The notes beneath the pieces were generated by a model. That model worked only from the letters and a program-made list of their open reading frames with translations, ran no database searches and was not told where the DNA came from. Below are positions 1 through 13,425 of a stretch of 64,000 bases of DNA, piece by piece; positions within the stretch are counted from its first letter, which is position 1; every line of letters begins with the position of its first letter. Both the position numbers and the translations under genes were made by a program. The DNA comes from Marsupella aquatica (lineage: Eukaryota > Plantae > Marchantiophyta). Location of the stretch: contig OZ316895.1 of assembly GCA_973895155.1 (NCBI GenBank), positions 22,518,558 to 22,582,557 on the forward strand, given 5' to 3'.

Positions 1-199
1 GTGAACATTTAAAACTTAAATTTTTTTCCTATTACTTGCTTGTGCTTGGATTCTATGATGTGATGGTTGCTCCCATGGTTGCTATCTCGTGTTTCCAATT
101 TTTATGTGTAACACACAGGTTACTAAACACGACCACAACAATTATATGGCCGATAGCACGCTGACTTAACATGCCTTAACAACTACATCGCAAAGCTGA

Positions 200-660
200 T
201 ATATTGTAACCTCGCCTTGACATCTTTTTCTAATTTTTACATATTTATCTCTACTTAACATCTTTACCTTCCCTTGACATCTTTTTCTCACATTGACGTC
301 TTTATCTCAACAAAAAAAAATTCTCACCCTCAACGTATTTCTCTCTTATCAAGATCTTTTCACACCTGACTTGATATATTTTGTTCACCTCAATATCTTT
401 TCTCATCTTGACATCTTCTCTTTTTCTTTGGCTATTTCTCATCTCACAATCTTTTTATGACCTTGATATCTTTTCCTCACTCTCAACAACTTTTCTCTCT
501 TTGACACCTTTTCCTCATCTTTACATCTTTTCTCACCTTGCTATATTTTCTCTCCTCAACATCTTTTTCTCAAATTGACTTCTTTTCCTCAACTCAACAT
601 TTGTTTCTCTCATCTACATTTCTATTCCCCTTTATGTTCCTCCTCTTTTTCCTTTGCCTC
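200..660 (+). repeat. Degenerate pyrimidine-rich tandem array (ACATCTTTTTCTC-like units), resembling the Helitron subterminal array at 9190-9570
   Basis: Repeated gacatctttttc / acatctttttctc / ctcaac motifs. The F/L/S-rich ORFs here are a compositional artefact. Confidence 0.55.
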
Positions 661-2095
661 TTCCCTGTGAGAGTGACCTTGCCGCTCCTTGAACAACCAT
701 GTCCTCCTCTCTTTGCAATTCCTCCCAACACAATCCCCATCCCGGCACCCATCCCCACAGAGATGTGTCTACACAAGGGAGTTGTTGGAAGGGAGGGTTG
801 ACCAAGTAGGGTGACTGTCAGAGTGAGCTGGGCTGGCAAGGAATGGTGTCCCAGAACTGGAAAGGTTCGGACACAATGAGGGCAAGTCGGTGCTGGGAGG
901 TTGCTGTGCATTAGTGTGGGCTCGGCAAGGGAAGGCTATGCTGTGGGGTGAAAGGTCTCGTAATCTCACGGCCGGGAAAAAGAGGCAGCATATCTAGATA
1001 ATTCCGGGTATTTGAATTAATTAGGTCAGGTTTGGTATTATAAAAACTATGCAAGCTAACCCCAAAGATCAAACATTGTCAAATTTTATTTAAGGAAAAA
1101 GAAGACCATAATCTCTTCAGGTAGTGCCTTTTGTTTCAAAGACTGGGCACCATTGAACATTACTACCTTGACGATGTTCTAATGGTGGAGACAACACTAG
1201 ATCAAGTACAATTTGGTGTCACCCGAGAAGAACATTAATCGACACTCAATGTGACTATTGCCAACCAACTGGCTTTGGTCAGTTGGCCAGAGAATGAGCC
1301 TAGAACCGAGAGGTCCCACGTTCAATCCTCCCTCCACACGCAAGGGGTGTGGAGACTATGTGTGTGTGGGTGGGGTGTAGTGGTGGGAGTATTGGTTATC
1401 CCCTTAGCCTCTAGCTGGCCACTTTGGGGTTCTGATTCAATACTTTCTCCCTCCTGGTCTGGTCCTGTTGGATCCTTGGGGATAGTCCCCTTGTGGCTGC
1501 CTTACATAGAACTGTTACTCGCCTTGTGGCTGCCCTGCATAGAAGTCTCCTAGTGGGCCTTACATAGACGTCTATGCTCTCTTGGATGGGTCTGCTTTAG
1601 TTTTCAAGGCAAAAAAAAAATACTTACGTTGATCTGATTGGCTGTTGGATAGTGTGCAATCTGTGAAGAAGGCACACGAATTCGTTGCATCAACAGTTTG
1701 CTTGAATGGTAAGATTTACAGTCTTTGATCAGATATGTACCTACAGTAGGTAGCTACCATTACGGAAGTAGATTCTATACTAGTACTGCAGCGGTTGTCA
1801 AATATAAGTTTCTAGACGAGTAGAGACTCTGAGCAGTACTTTGGAATAGTAAACATTGAACGACACAACTCCTCCCGTTGCCATCAGCAACGAAGTGGGA
1901 GGAGCGGCTTCAGGATAGTTCCTACTAAGGTACACAGAGTCCTCTGTTGCGAACCCAACGTACTCATGAGTGAGCGAGGCGTTTTCGAAAGAGCAGAACA
2001 ATCTTCTGCTTTGAAAGAGTGCTTGTCGGGTCGTCGAAGGTGAAGCTCAGCCGAACGCAAGCCGCGGACTCAGGGGACGAGAGACTTGAACGAAG

Positions 2096-5000
2096 ATGGC
2101 GGGAATGGGAGATGGCTATGTGGGTACGGCGCAGGATGCCGCTCGTATCCGGCGCTTGCAGAAGCAGCGTGATCAGGAGCGCCAGAAAATCCTGGATTTG
2201 AAAAAGAAGTCCAGCGAGGGGCAAGTCGGACTGGTGCAATTCGGCCAAGCAACATCGGAGGTAAGTACCGTCGTAGTTAGTAGTCGGTCTTTCTGTTCTC
2301 GTCCCGTCGCTAACCCTTTTTCGAGTACTGGCTCATTGAAAATTGTGCCCTAACCCTATATCTCTTTGATGCTGATCTTTTCAACTGTAGTCTAGTTGGA
2401 AGGATCTGTTTGACTGTAATCCAGTTGGTAGCTTGAAGTCCCTACGCAACTTTGAAGCGCAGAGTTATGAGGGAGTTAAATTGTCAGAAGTGCCAATCAA
2501 GTCTTGACTTCCAGAATGCGTGCAGTGCTTCTCTGATACATAGTTTCGGATGATAGTATTGTTCTCTAATTTCTATATACTTGAGCTTAGTTTCATGTCC
2601 TCCGGTTGCTTCTTATGTTGGTGGATGTGATCGGAGCGTTCTGCTCGTATTGGACCCTTTTCAGCTTTCGAGGATTTCTTTTTGCTTGTTTTGAAACGAT
2701 TTTGTGATGCAGATATTGGAGAGTGCGTTTAAGAAAGAGACTGTGGGATTGGTGACCAGAGAGCAGTTTGTTGAGAAGGTGCGCGTTTGATCTTTGAGAG
2801 GACATCAGACATCTCTAGATGTTGGAATGAGATTTTGTTCATTATGGACAGTGTCTCCACAAAGCTCTGTTGTTTTTGTTCGATTCAGATATCTTTGCCA
2901 ATTTTGATATTTGCTCGAAAGTGGACTGTAAGACTTTTCCCGAATACTAAAATTGCTCTGATCGTATGTCGTTTTTGATGATGATGCCCTTCCTTGTTTT
3001 CTATTATGGTCGCCCGCAGAGGGTGAATCTTCGTAGTAAGATCGAAGAAGAGGAGAAAGAAAGAGAGAAGAAGCTTGCACAAGAGTACGAAGTCTGCCCA
3101 CTTTCTTGACAGCATCTTATTTTCCTAGTCTTTAGCCTCAGTCCTGATCACTTTTGTGAGACTTTTTAGGATTTATCCCTACTCCAGTTCATTTTGTGTC
3201 GTGTTGTAGGTGCTTTTTTATGTGAGCGTCTGAGCTTTACAGCGTTGAGAATACGTTGTTTAGACTCTTAGATTATATAAAGCAGTGCGGCCTGTGCACT
3301 TTGACTCCTGTGTTTTAATTCCGGGTGCCCTTCAAATACTCAGAGAAGAAGAACGTCATGCGCTAAAGCGGAAGAAAAGGAGAGCCAAGGGGCCATCAAA
3401 GCTGTCATTTGCGGATGAGTTTGAGGTTGATTCTGACGAGGACGTGAGTGGAGGTACGAGTTGAAGGGTCTTTTATTCTACAGCCAGATACGAGTTGAGT
3501 GGGTTGAAGACGGTCTTACAAGTTTACTTTCTCTGCCTGCAACAACTACTAATTAATTGCGATCACGAATTGTGCAATGTACAGAGTTAGAGGAGGAGCG
3601 CAAAGCAAAACTTGGCAAGTTTGGAAAGGATCCAAGTGTTGAGACTAGTTTCTTACCGGACAGGTATGAGGAGTTTTCGTTATGCCTTGCTGAAGTTTGT
3701 TTATATGTGAGAGGTGCCCCCAAGGCTTGTTCTTTCTTCTTCCAATTGTAACCTCTTGCTACTTTTTTCATCTGCTGGGAAGGATCATATTCGTCAAACG
3801 ACATATATATTTCTGATCAATGATGGGTCTTGGAGTCAGTCGTCGTGTTCATCACTATTTGAACTCCAGAGTGTTAGGTCGATGCTGCATTGACTCTTTC
3901 CCCAACCTGGTAATAACGCGGATGTTAAGGGAGTGGAGGGTGCTACTTCCAGAGAGCGTGAGGCTGAGGAGCAAGCTGAGCGTGAACGTTTGCGTAAACA
4001 GTGGTTGAAAGAACAGGAACGGATACGCAGTAAGTTTTCATCTCAATTCTTCTGTGATTGATGATTTTCTGTGGTCTTGTTGACCTAAGTGCCCTGTTTA
4101 TATTGAATAAGAGGGGTTGTTTCTGAGGTCAATCATTTGGGATGGTGCAGATGAGCCTTTGGAAATTACATACAGTTACTGGGATGGCGCTGGTCATCGA
4201 CGCGTTATTCAGGTGTGGGTTTTTACCATTAGTTTGTTATGAAGCGTTGTTCAGAAACTGATCCTCAAACTTTGTCATTCAAGCTCCGTTCTTGAGTTGA
4301 GTGATAGTTACTGCAACATCATGCGGCGTCCTTGATTTTTGGGATGCAGGTTCGCAAGGGAGATTCTATTGCTGAATTTTTACGTGCCGTCCAACAACAA
4401 CTTGCTTCGGAGTTCAGAGAGATACGCACTGCATCAGTTGAAAATCTTCTTTATGTGAAGGAGGACTTGATAATACCCCATGTAAGATGACTAAACATGC
4501 ATCTTTAGAAGTTCTGCTAGGGTTGGTTTGTCCTGGGTATCACTTATCTTCGATTCCGCGGGATGAAAATGATTGTTATTGCACATTGTTTCTGATATGC
4601 TCCTCTCTAGTCTTGAGAGCTGATGACTTTGTACAAAGTAGAGGTCTAAACTGTTAGCTTAGACATCTCAATTAGTTTTGATGAGGCGTGGTCGATCTGA
4701 CGTTGACATCGGCATCTGTGAACACAGCAACATAGTTTCTATGAGCTCATCATCAACAAGGCTCGGGGAAAAAGTGGTCCTGTAAGTCAGACTTCCTATT
4801 ATTGTCTTGCGGACCTAGATATGAAAAGTAGATACCTGGACGAAGGCCATTCTCACTGTGCTAGGTGTGCATGAGGTTTACTTGAAGGAATGTGTTGTAT
4901 CTTTGAAGCTCTTACATTTTTTCAAACGTGGGTATGCAGCTGTTTCACTTCGATGTACATGAAGATATTAGAACCATTGCAGATGCTACTATCGAGAAAG

Positions 5001-5458
5001 ATGAGGTACAGCGCTTTTTTGATGATCTGCTGTGTTAAACCATAAACTTCATCATAGTACGCAGACCTACAACAAAACCTTATTTGTGACCTTACGATTG
5101 TGGATTTTGGACAGTCACATGCAGGGAAGGTTGTAGAGCGGCACTGGTACGAGAAAAACAAGCACATTTTCCCAGCTTCAAGGTGGGAGGTATTGTCTCA
5201 CAACTCTATTATGTATTTTCTGTGCCTGGAGACTTGCAATTCAGCCCTGGTCGTCAGATGTGCAAGCGTCCAAGACAATAGGTAGAGACCGAGTTTCATT
5301 AGCCTACTTTTAAGAAGTCTTGCAGTGAGCTGGACAGCAAGCTGCTACGTTTTGTAGTCTTTGTGATATTAATAAGTTGCATTTATGTTTTTTTGCTGTG
5401 TTTTCAGATTTACGACCCAACAAAGAGATGGGAGCGGTACACAATCCACGGTGACTAA
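2096..5458 (+). CDS. XCT: XAP5 CIRCADIAN TIMEKEEPER / FAM50 family protein, 12 exons, about 333 aa
   Basis: Exons traced with GT-AG borders: 2096-2260, 2713-2778, 3020-3084, 3344-3453, 3585-3663, 3953-4029, 4151-4212, 4350-4481, 4728-4781, 4940-5005, 5115-5189, 5408-5458. Spliced protein has [115 protein letters not shown] and ends YTIHGD*, all XAP5/FAM50 motifs. Confidence 0.96.
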
Positions 5459-5739
5459 TTACATCAATCTTGAGTTGTGGATTATTCATTTGTAGAAGTA
5501 GCTCCCAAGCTGATTAAACCACGCGTCGGGATATAGAAGGGCACGTTGGTGTCGGTACTAAACTTTACCAGATTTTTTTTGAAAATGTGAGATATAACAT
5601 CAGACGCACAGATGGGCTTATTATTTCCCAAACTGTAGTCCATTCCCACGAGTTTTTAGGTGTTGAGCTTCTATCAGACGAAGCTAATGAATACTACCTT
5701 GGTGTGGATTCCGAATTTATGAAGGGACCCAGAAAACTG

Positions 5740-6400
5740 TAGACAGCAGAGGATAATCGCATTCAAGTCCCCTGGTTGACGAGAAAGCAAGAGAGGTGTG
5801 GGCCATGTTGTCAATTGACCACTCTTGTCAAGCATTCCTGTTGTTTTCTCGAAAGGCTTTCTTTTGAGGTGTGGCGAACAAAGCTCTTTTGGCCAAGAAG
5901 AACATCCAACGGAGAAGATTCGTCACAACTCATTTGCATCAGCAGTCCTTACTGTGAATGAAATTCGTATAGGTTGTTTGGGGAACAGGAACAGTCTAAC
6001 TATGGCTTTTTTAGTTGGAACGGTGACAAGCACTCTCGGAGCAAGTCTTTATCACCATGAGCAAATAAGGCCGGCTTTATGTGGTTCGGTTTTTCGTGCA
6101 TCTGGTTGCAACAACAACCAGACGCACTAGCGTTGGAAGATTGTGTTTCTTGGCTATTCTTGCGTTTTTGGAGCTTTTTGGAAAGAGAATGCCATTTTTG
6201 CCAGATCCAAGACATTAGGTGGAGACAAGCCCAACCCAACCGTAATGACGACGAAGGAATTCTCCTGAGGAGTAGCGTACACTGATAAGTTTCCAGAAAT
6301 GAAACTCGTGAGCGGAATCTAGATGCTGTCCTGATTGATGGAAAGGGGAGCCTACATTAGGAGCTGGGGATAAGTGTCCATGGATCATATGATGATGAAT
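5740..6400 (+). mobile_element. Possible LINE 3' relic (region after zf-RVT)
   Basis: TTT TGG AAA GAG AAT GCC ATT TTT near 6176-6199 reads FWKENAIF, resembling the W-K-E-R-N-x-x-I-F motif of plant LINE ORF2 tails. An A-rich tract follows near 6405-6426. Heavily decayed. Confidence 0.25.
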
Positions 6401-6819
6401 GATGTAAAAACGATAAATAAAACAAATTGGGTAAACTTGTATTGTTTTACTTTTCTTAACAGGATTCCTACGGTTACATGTGATCTTTCCTTACTTTCAC
6501 TAGAGATCAATTTATTCTTTTATTAGTTACAAATGAAGAGAATAGGAATCTCACCTAGGATAATATAGACATAAATTACAAAAAAACCCAATTTGATCCC
6601 AAAGGCACCAAACTCATTGTGATCCCATATGCCAAGGATGGTTAGACACAAGGACCAGAAGAATGAGCTAGAGACAAAGATGAAGAATTGCATGCATGAA
6701 TGTGCCGAAAATACTATAGAATGTGGGACAATTTTACTGCATCAATAGGCAAAAAACTTTAGAAATCACAACCGTCATGAACGGAAGAGTAGCTAGCAGT
6801 TTCAAGGAAATTGGCTGAA

Positions 6820-7620
6820 TGAATCGCTGAGTTGATGGCAGTTCGTGTGAAACAAGAATCTGTGCAGGCAATATCGACGATCTTTATGGAGGTAACGTGA
6901 TTTTGGTGCATGTGCAACATCTGGCTGTGGTGGTAAGACGGACTGACTGAGATTAGTTGGCTGGTTGTTCAGGGGTCTTGGTAAGTGCACATCAAAATAT
7001 GACATATACAGTGTACGACATCCCTCCATACCATGATAAACCTCGTTATTTTCTTTAAATCAATGAATGCAACCTCATTTTGATGTGTGATTACTGCCAG
7101 GGAGGATTGTGACTGCGACACCAACGAGCATGCAAGTGAACTCGTGCTGAGAAAAGCATACTCCAGAAACAGGAAGCACTTTACGAAACTCGGTGCAGCG
7201 TATTCATAATTGGTTGCTGAACTACCCATTAAAAAACACAAACAAAGCACAAAAAGCTGGCGCTTGACAAGACACTTTGCAACATAAGAGAAGACAACAC
7301 CAAGTTGGGGGATTGGTGGTTGCATCTGTAGGGGACTATCGACAAGTGTTGCCGGTGAAGGCAAAAGCAAGCCATGTGCAGATTGTGGGAGGATGCTTGA
7401 AGAAATCTCACATTTGGCACTTTGTGAAAACGTTCAAGTTGACGTAGAATATGTGTGCGCACAATACATCCACGTCAATTGAGTTTGGGAACTAGACTTT
7501 CCAAGAATGTCTCCTTCAACTTGGGAATGATAAATTTCCAAAGCAAGGAGTTTTAAATAACATGATTATGGTCCCGCCATCCATGCATGGTGGAGAACAT
7601 TGTTGATACCACTCCTTGAT
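6820..7620 (-). mobile_element. Possible hAT transposase relic
   Basis: Minus-strand fragments in the expected order: PTDATT (first catalytic D region), AVITHQN (TDN-like) and VHCICHIL (CxxH motif). Many stops and frameshifts. Confidence 0.3.
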
Positions 7621-8029
7621 TTGTGCAATTTATCCATCATTGCCACGCCACGCCCTCACCAATCCCAACACCCACGCCTAAGTGCCCTTGGTGTCTGAAC
7701 ACCTCCACGGAACTCCTTGAGCAAGCAACTTGATGCCCCTAGCACCCCCGACGGTCACTCCCATATGAAGCCGCACTTGCTCCCTAACACAACCTTCGCT
7801 CAACGGTCCTCATTATCTGCACAAGCAACCAAGCCCTCTAGTAAGTAACCCAAAATGATCTAGATCTCCTGAGTCTAGCATCCTAACTCAACCTCAGACA
7901 TTGGTAAGTAGGTCAGCAATAGGTCCTCCCTTTGCCATAAGCAGGAGCCAGAGCTGACACCCATTGTTTGTCAAGAACAGCCCTTCTTCGGGTGCAGCCC
8001 ATGCTCGTACCCATCTATTACCAATTTAC

Positions 8030-8530
8030 TGCCCTGCCCCCAAGACATGCTCATGGCCCAAATAATGTAGCTTGTCCTAAAACTCCGGGACCATAATGGC
8101 TTGACTCTAACAACCAACTCACAATTCTTGCCTAGGGGTCCAGTGCACTTGCAACTCAACCTCCATGCCTACTTGACCTTGCCTCCCCAACGCAAGCGCC
8201 CTGGGGAAACTGAACGCGGCTTGGCTGCTATTTTGGTAGGATTTGGCAAGCGGGGGAGATAGCCCCCGAAAACCTTGAGAATCCATGGCACCCCCAGACC
8301 CAACTGAGCTCAAAAGTGATGTAGTCCTCCTTGAGAGAGCTTTCAAAAGGAAAGTTATCGTTATTTCTGTCTGATGTTTCCCTTTGGTGTTGCGACCGCC
8401 ATGACTCACAACTTTGACTTGCCCTTTGTCCCTAGGGAGACACCACTCCCTCATATATGCTTATGGAGACTTGCCACACCCCGACCTACTTTGGTCCCAA
8501 ATTTTTAGCCCCCCACTTGGACTCCAACTT
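8030..8530 (+). repeat. Dispersed repeat family B, copy 1 (probably retroelement-derived)
   Basis: Collinear with 34180-34740: gacatgctcatggcccaaataa, gatttggcaagcggg, aaaccttgagaa..atggcaccc, ccctagggagacaccact, cttggactccaac. Confidence 0.75.
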
Positions 8531-8571
8531 GCAGCAATCGAGTTTTGTGACTAAAGATCAACAATTCAATA

Positions 8572-9592
8572 TTGGAAGGGCTCATCGGAGATGCGCACAC
8601 CATCTTAAAGATAGATCGCTTGGATCAATTGGAATGGCATGACTTTTACCCTACTGAGTTCTTGAATACGCTCACACCTAGCTGTTTGCCTCCGCACAAG
8701 CTGGTATTTAAGGTTAAATGCCCTTTGTAGGCAAACATGCAGGGAGCATAACATTCATGCCACGTATTCCTTTGACATCAGATGAGAGACTTCCTTTCAT
8801 GCTACAAAGAGTCCAATTGTTGGTTCGAGTGGCATATGCCATGACTATTAATATGGCATAGGGTCAGACTTTAGAACATGTAGGATTGCAACTTTCTAAG
8901 TTGATTTTCAATCATGGTCCATAATTGTATGTTTTTTTCCAAAGCGACATGTCTTACAAGGATAAAAGTGTTACTTCCGGGATAGTGAAGATGGAGAAGC
9001 AAAATTGACCAAAAATGTTGTATATGATGAAGTTCTCTACTAAATTAATAAAGACCTCATCATGTGTATTCTCTTCAAAATATTTTATGGAGTGACAATG
9101 CTATTCTTTCACTTTTTACTTAACAACATCTTTTTACATATCAACCATTTTGTACTTAACAACATTGTTATACTTAACGAATTATTAAATTTCCTCAACG
9201 ACATCTTTTTTCTCAACGACCTCTTGGCCGACATGACATCTTTTTTCTCAACAACCCCACATCTTTTTTCTCAACGACGTCTTGGCCAACACCACAACTT
9301 TTTTCTCAACGACCTCTTGGCTGACATGACATCTTTCTTCTCAACGACATCTTGGCTGACACCACAACTTTTTTCTCAACGACCTCTTGGCCGACATGAC
9401 ATCTTTTTTCTCAACAACCCGACCATTTTTTTCCCGTTACATCTTGGCCGACACAACATCTTTTTTCTGAACGACTTCTTGGCCGACACGACATCCTTTG
9501 TCGCACAACTTATTGGCCGACACAACATCTTTTTTCTCAACGACGTCTTGCCGACACCACATCTTTTGTGCAACGCACTAGTATTGAGCTAG
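8572..9592 (+). mobile_element. Helitron 3' portion: decayed PIF1-type helicase C-terminus, subterminal tandem array, terminal hairpin and CTAG
   Basis: Translates FYPTEFLNTLTPSCLPPHKLVFKVKCP, FMPRIPLT, LPFMLQRVQLLVRVAYAMTINMA*GQTLEHVG and TKNVVYDEVLY* (8572-9043), which are canonical Helitron RepHel motifs. Hairpin GTGC-AAC-GCAC at 9568-9578, then CTAG at 9589-9592 followed by T. Confidence 0.88.
9190..9570 (+). repeat. Minisatellite in Helitron subterminal region (about 35-40 bp units: acatcttttttctcaacgacctcttggccgacac)
   Basis: About nine degenerate units are directly visible. Confidence 0.85.
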
Positions 9593-9729
9593 TACAATAT
9601 ATACAAGATTTCCTTGAATCTTTTGGGGTAAGTTGAAAGTACTTGGAAGGATTTTTCCAATAAGCCTAGTACAGTCAAATTTCATTGAGAATTGAATGAC
9701 TTATAGATTTTCGAAGATTATGAATGAAT

Positions 9730-10272
9730 ACACCTTTTAGATTTTGTCTTATTCAGATTTTAAGTTCAATATTTTGATTTTAATGTGCCTAAACAAGGTG
9801 AATTATTTGTATTAATATGATTTTGAATTAACATTTTTATCCATTTTAATTTTAGTGAACTTAGAGAGTATTTTGAATGTATTTGGCTCCTTTCATAAAT
9901 GTTTAAATTTTCAATCATTCATTAGTGAATTATCTTGTTTCTCATGAGAGTGCACATCTAGTGTACTAAGTTCCCCTCATGGTTTCCTTTACAAAATTTA
10001 TGGTTTTAATTGAGTTGATTGTTATTACCTACAAGCAAATGAAAATCTATAATGTATGTGCACAACTTTTTAGTACCTTTGTACTTTCTTGGTCATAATG
10101 TACTTTTCTTTGCATGTGTATTATGTCACTCACTTTTTATTAACAGATATTAATTTATTGACATGTACTTTACATGTACCTATTTAGTTTATCATAAAAT
10201 AAATAAAAGGAATTAAATATCACTTCAAGACAAAAAAAGAAGAAGCATGTTCATCCTGGAACATGCTATATA
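9730..10272 (+). repeat. Dispersed AT-rich repeat family A, copy 1 (candidate non-autonomous Helitron-like element with terminal hairpin)
   Basis: Collinear with 33780-34170 and 49340-49920 (ttttaatgtgc..aggtgaat, gagtattttgaatgtatttg, tacaaaatttatggttttaat, gcacaact.tttagtaccttt). Ends in the hairpin AGCATGTTC-atcctg-GAACATGCT at 10244-10267. Confidence 0.8.
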
Positions 10273-11538
10273 GATTTTCAAAGATTATTATCCGGTTTTC
10301 TTGTCACCCTTATTGATGTAATCTAACTAATACTTTATGATCAAAAGCTAAGCTTGGGCTGGAGCCTATGATCTAGAGTGAAACCCTCTAGAGAAATGTG
10401 ACTCTGGATATCTACAAGTTTCAGGGGTGAGGGTACAAGTGAGTAAAGCAGTAGTGGGCCTCACTAAAGCTTGCGCAATGAGGCTAGTGTGCAATATATG
10501 AAAAGAATTGAAAGCAGGGTTTAGCTGCCATCCATGCCGATTACAAAAGGTCCCATGATTTTGACAGAAGTGGAGATCCATGGGAGCTTCAATTCCCCCT
10601 TTCATAAAAATTCTCTGACTAAATTAGAGTAGGGATCACCGGCAGCCAATGATTTATTTGGGTCAACGTGGGTGGCCTCTCCAGGCCATATAGACATGCC
10701 TAGAGCTCGACATGTCTTGTAATGATGAGCTTGTTTTTGCTTAATGTATATGTTTATGGTCCTGATATGCTCCTTAATGGAGCATATGGGGCGACCATAT
10801 GCGGACCCGCAGTGGGGAGGTGTACGAGAGCCCTATTGCTCCATTTAGGAGCAATGAAGGACCCTAAACATATGTTAAGTGGTCGTACGCCAGATAAATG
10901 GTTTGGATTCGTCGGTCTAATGCAATCGCGTATACAGATGCTACTTCTGACACCCGTGGCTATGCACTGTGCTCAACTTTAACCCTACAAATACACCGCA
11001 AAATAAGGTTTAATAATGAGATATAAAACTGACTCCGTGGCAAGCCCTGATAAGGGAGGAACAGTAAAAATCATCGAACGACCCTTAACGACTCATGTTC
11101 CAATCCCACTTGCCGATCTAGTTTTGACTCTTGATGTGGACCATTAGCTTTTTGTCACAATCGGTAGGAATGATGAGGACCTCGGTCCGCTTGGGTTAGT
11201 TTTAGTCTCTCTCTCTTTCTTGGTTTTTAGGGGTTCCCTATTGTTCATTTCTTACTTTTAGTTCCTCTTTCTTGGTGTTTAGTGTTTCCCTTTTGCTCAC
11301 TTCTTTTTAGATTGGTTTTGTTCACTTGGGCCCTCTTTTGTTTGTTCATTTGTACTCTGTTTGGTCCCTTTGTATATAAAAAGTGTCCCTTTGTATATAA
11401 AAAGTGTGTATATTTCTCTTAACGACTTAGTATTGACTACAGAACCATTTCGTAAATGACAAAAATGACAACAGTCATGCCTCATGCTGCATCCTCGCCA
11501 TCATTCCTGTATGGGATGCAGGTTAATTACCGGTCGGC

Positions 11539-11694
11539 CATGGGTTATATCGATCCCCTCGGTCATTATTTAGAGTGTTGCCGATCAATTCTTTCTTGAT
11601 CAAATGTTCTGTCTGGGTCATGGGTTATATCGATGAATTGATCCCCTCGATCATTATTAATAGTGTTGCTGATGAACTCTTTCTTGATCAAATA
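11539..11694 (+). repeat. Local tandem duplication of about 70-80 bp
   Basis: catgggttatatcgat..atcccctcg.tcattatt..agtgttgc..ctttcttgatcaaat occurs twice. Confidence 0.7.
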
Positions 11695-13425
11695 AATGTT
11701 AATTATTAATAAATCGAACAACGTTGCGTCGATTGAGACCTCTGAGCTGGACAAACGTTTGATTTTATGCTGCCACTCGAAGTACTTCCCTCTTTAGTTA
11801 GCCCTTGCCTTGCTGCGGCTGATTACGCGCTCATACATGCTCTGATCTTTTGTTTCATGAACTGAAAGCTGGGGGCGAAGGAGCTCACGTCTTGGCTAGA
11901 TTCCTGACTTGTTTGCGAAAACTCTCTGCCGGCTCAAATATATACACCCGAAGCAGACCCGTGAATCAAAAATTGGTGTATGTACGTCTTCGTTAAACGC
12001 CGAATGCTTGGCAGCTCCAATTGCGGCGCTTAGTTAGGCTGCAGAGACAAATGGATTGCACAGATATGAGTTTCGAGATACTGTAGAAACAAAAGCGACG
12101 GCCTGACGATCATTTTGATTGCCGTCAAGTTCACCTCTCTTTTGTAGCACGAGAAAAAAGCTACGAAGTTGTAATCCTGAACGTGTAATTATTGGTAGAC
12201 AACCATTCTCAAATCTCAACAGTCAAACATCAAGCAGAGCCTCCGGATGGAATCAACCGGATCGATCATCAAAGGAATTTTTTGAATGCACATCATATAT
12301 CCAACACTGCTGCATCTACGATTTCTCTGGACGCGCGAGTCGTCGTAAGCGGAGTCTCTGCAGTCATCTGAAGTCCTCACTACGAGCTATCTGCCGCAGG
12401 CTTGTCCGCTACATTCTCTTTCCTGAGGTCGAGAAGTTGTGGGTTGTGCTCGTGAACACGTATGAAGTATTCGAGTATTGATGCGTGTTGACATCAACAT
12501 ATCGTGGTATGCCTGCGTGGTCTGAACAATAACTTAGCATAATTATAGTTTCGATAGGCACCCAGAACAAAGTCTTAGATTTTATAGTGTTTCAAAACCT
12601 CACTTTCACTTGATTTTCGTGTGTGCTCGGAACCAAATAAAATGTTGACACTTTCTGATCAACGGGTTACGGACACGTACTATACAAAATATTATCAAAT
12701 TGAGTTCTCCTCGAATTGCCTCAGATCCCGTCTTCGATCGACAAACTGGATGTCCATCGCACGACCCTGAGTGTACATGCATGCACAATCATGTGTATCG
12801 TCCGACAATTGTGCAGATCTATAATCATCTTCGAAACAACCACGCTTGCTTGGCATGGACTTTGTGTTCTCACAGCCGTGTGCTTCTATTCCTCCCTAGC
12901 TCGCTTTTGGTAAGTCAAATGTCCTAAGAGGGGGGTCCTGCCCTGTTGCTTGAATTGAGTTGCATGGCCGTGTTGTTCGGTTGGACATGCCGTACGTAGA
13001 GGGAATCCAAATCGTCATTGCCTGTGTTCCTAAGAATGCCGATGGGCCGGGCCAATCGGTCCACTTGGCGGAACCTTCTGAAAGATTTTGTGCATCCAGC
13101 TGCAAAGAAGAATGCTGGATGCCTGAATCGGTGATGTACTCTACACCTACAATAAGAGCTTCAATTCCTTACGATTTTACTTGGCCTATGTCTCGCCCAG
13201 TCCTCCTGTCTCTCCATACTATGCTGACGATCTCAAACGTGCAGGGACTGCGGAATCGCCGTTCAGTGCCGTCCGCGGAATTCCGAAGGACCAGCTGGTC
13301 ATGAATGGCAAGATCATTTGAAAAACCTTTGTGTTACCTTGAGGACGATGACTCATCTACTGCCTAAACTAACGTTTCAATTCGATCCTGACCGACTGAA
13401 TGGCTGCCGTCCAGAATTGTGCAAA

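Noticed and set aside
9190-9570. CRISPR-like periodic repeats, also at 21589-21946
   Set aside because: The units are degenerate and contiguous with no unique spacers; the context is eukaryotic and there are no cas genes.
9062-9592. 176-aa ORF with repeated FFLNDLLAD
   Set aside because: It is a translation of the Helitron minisatellite, not a gene.
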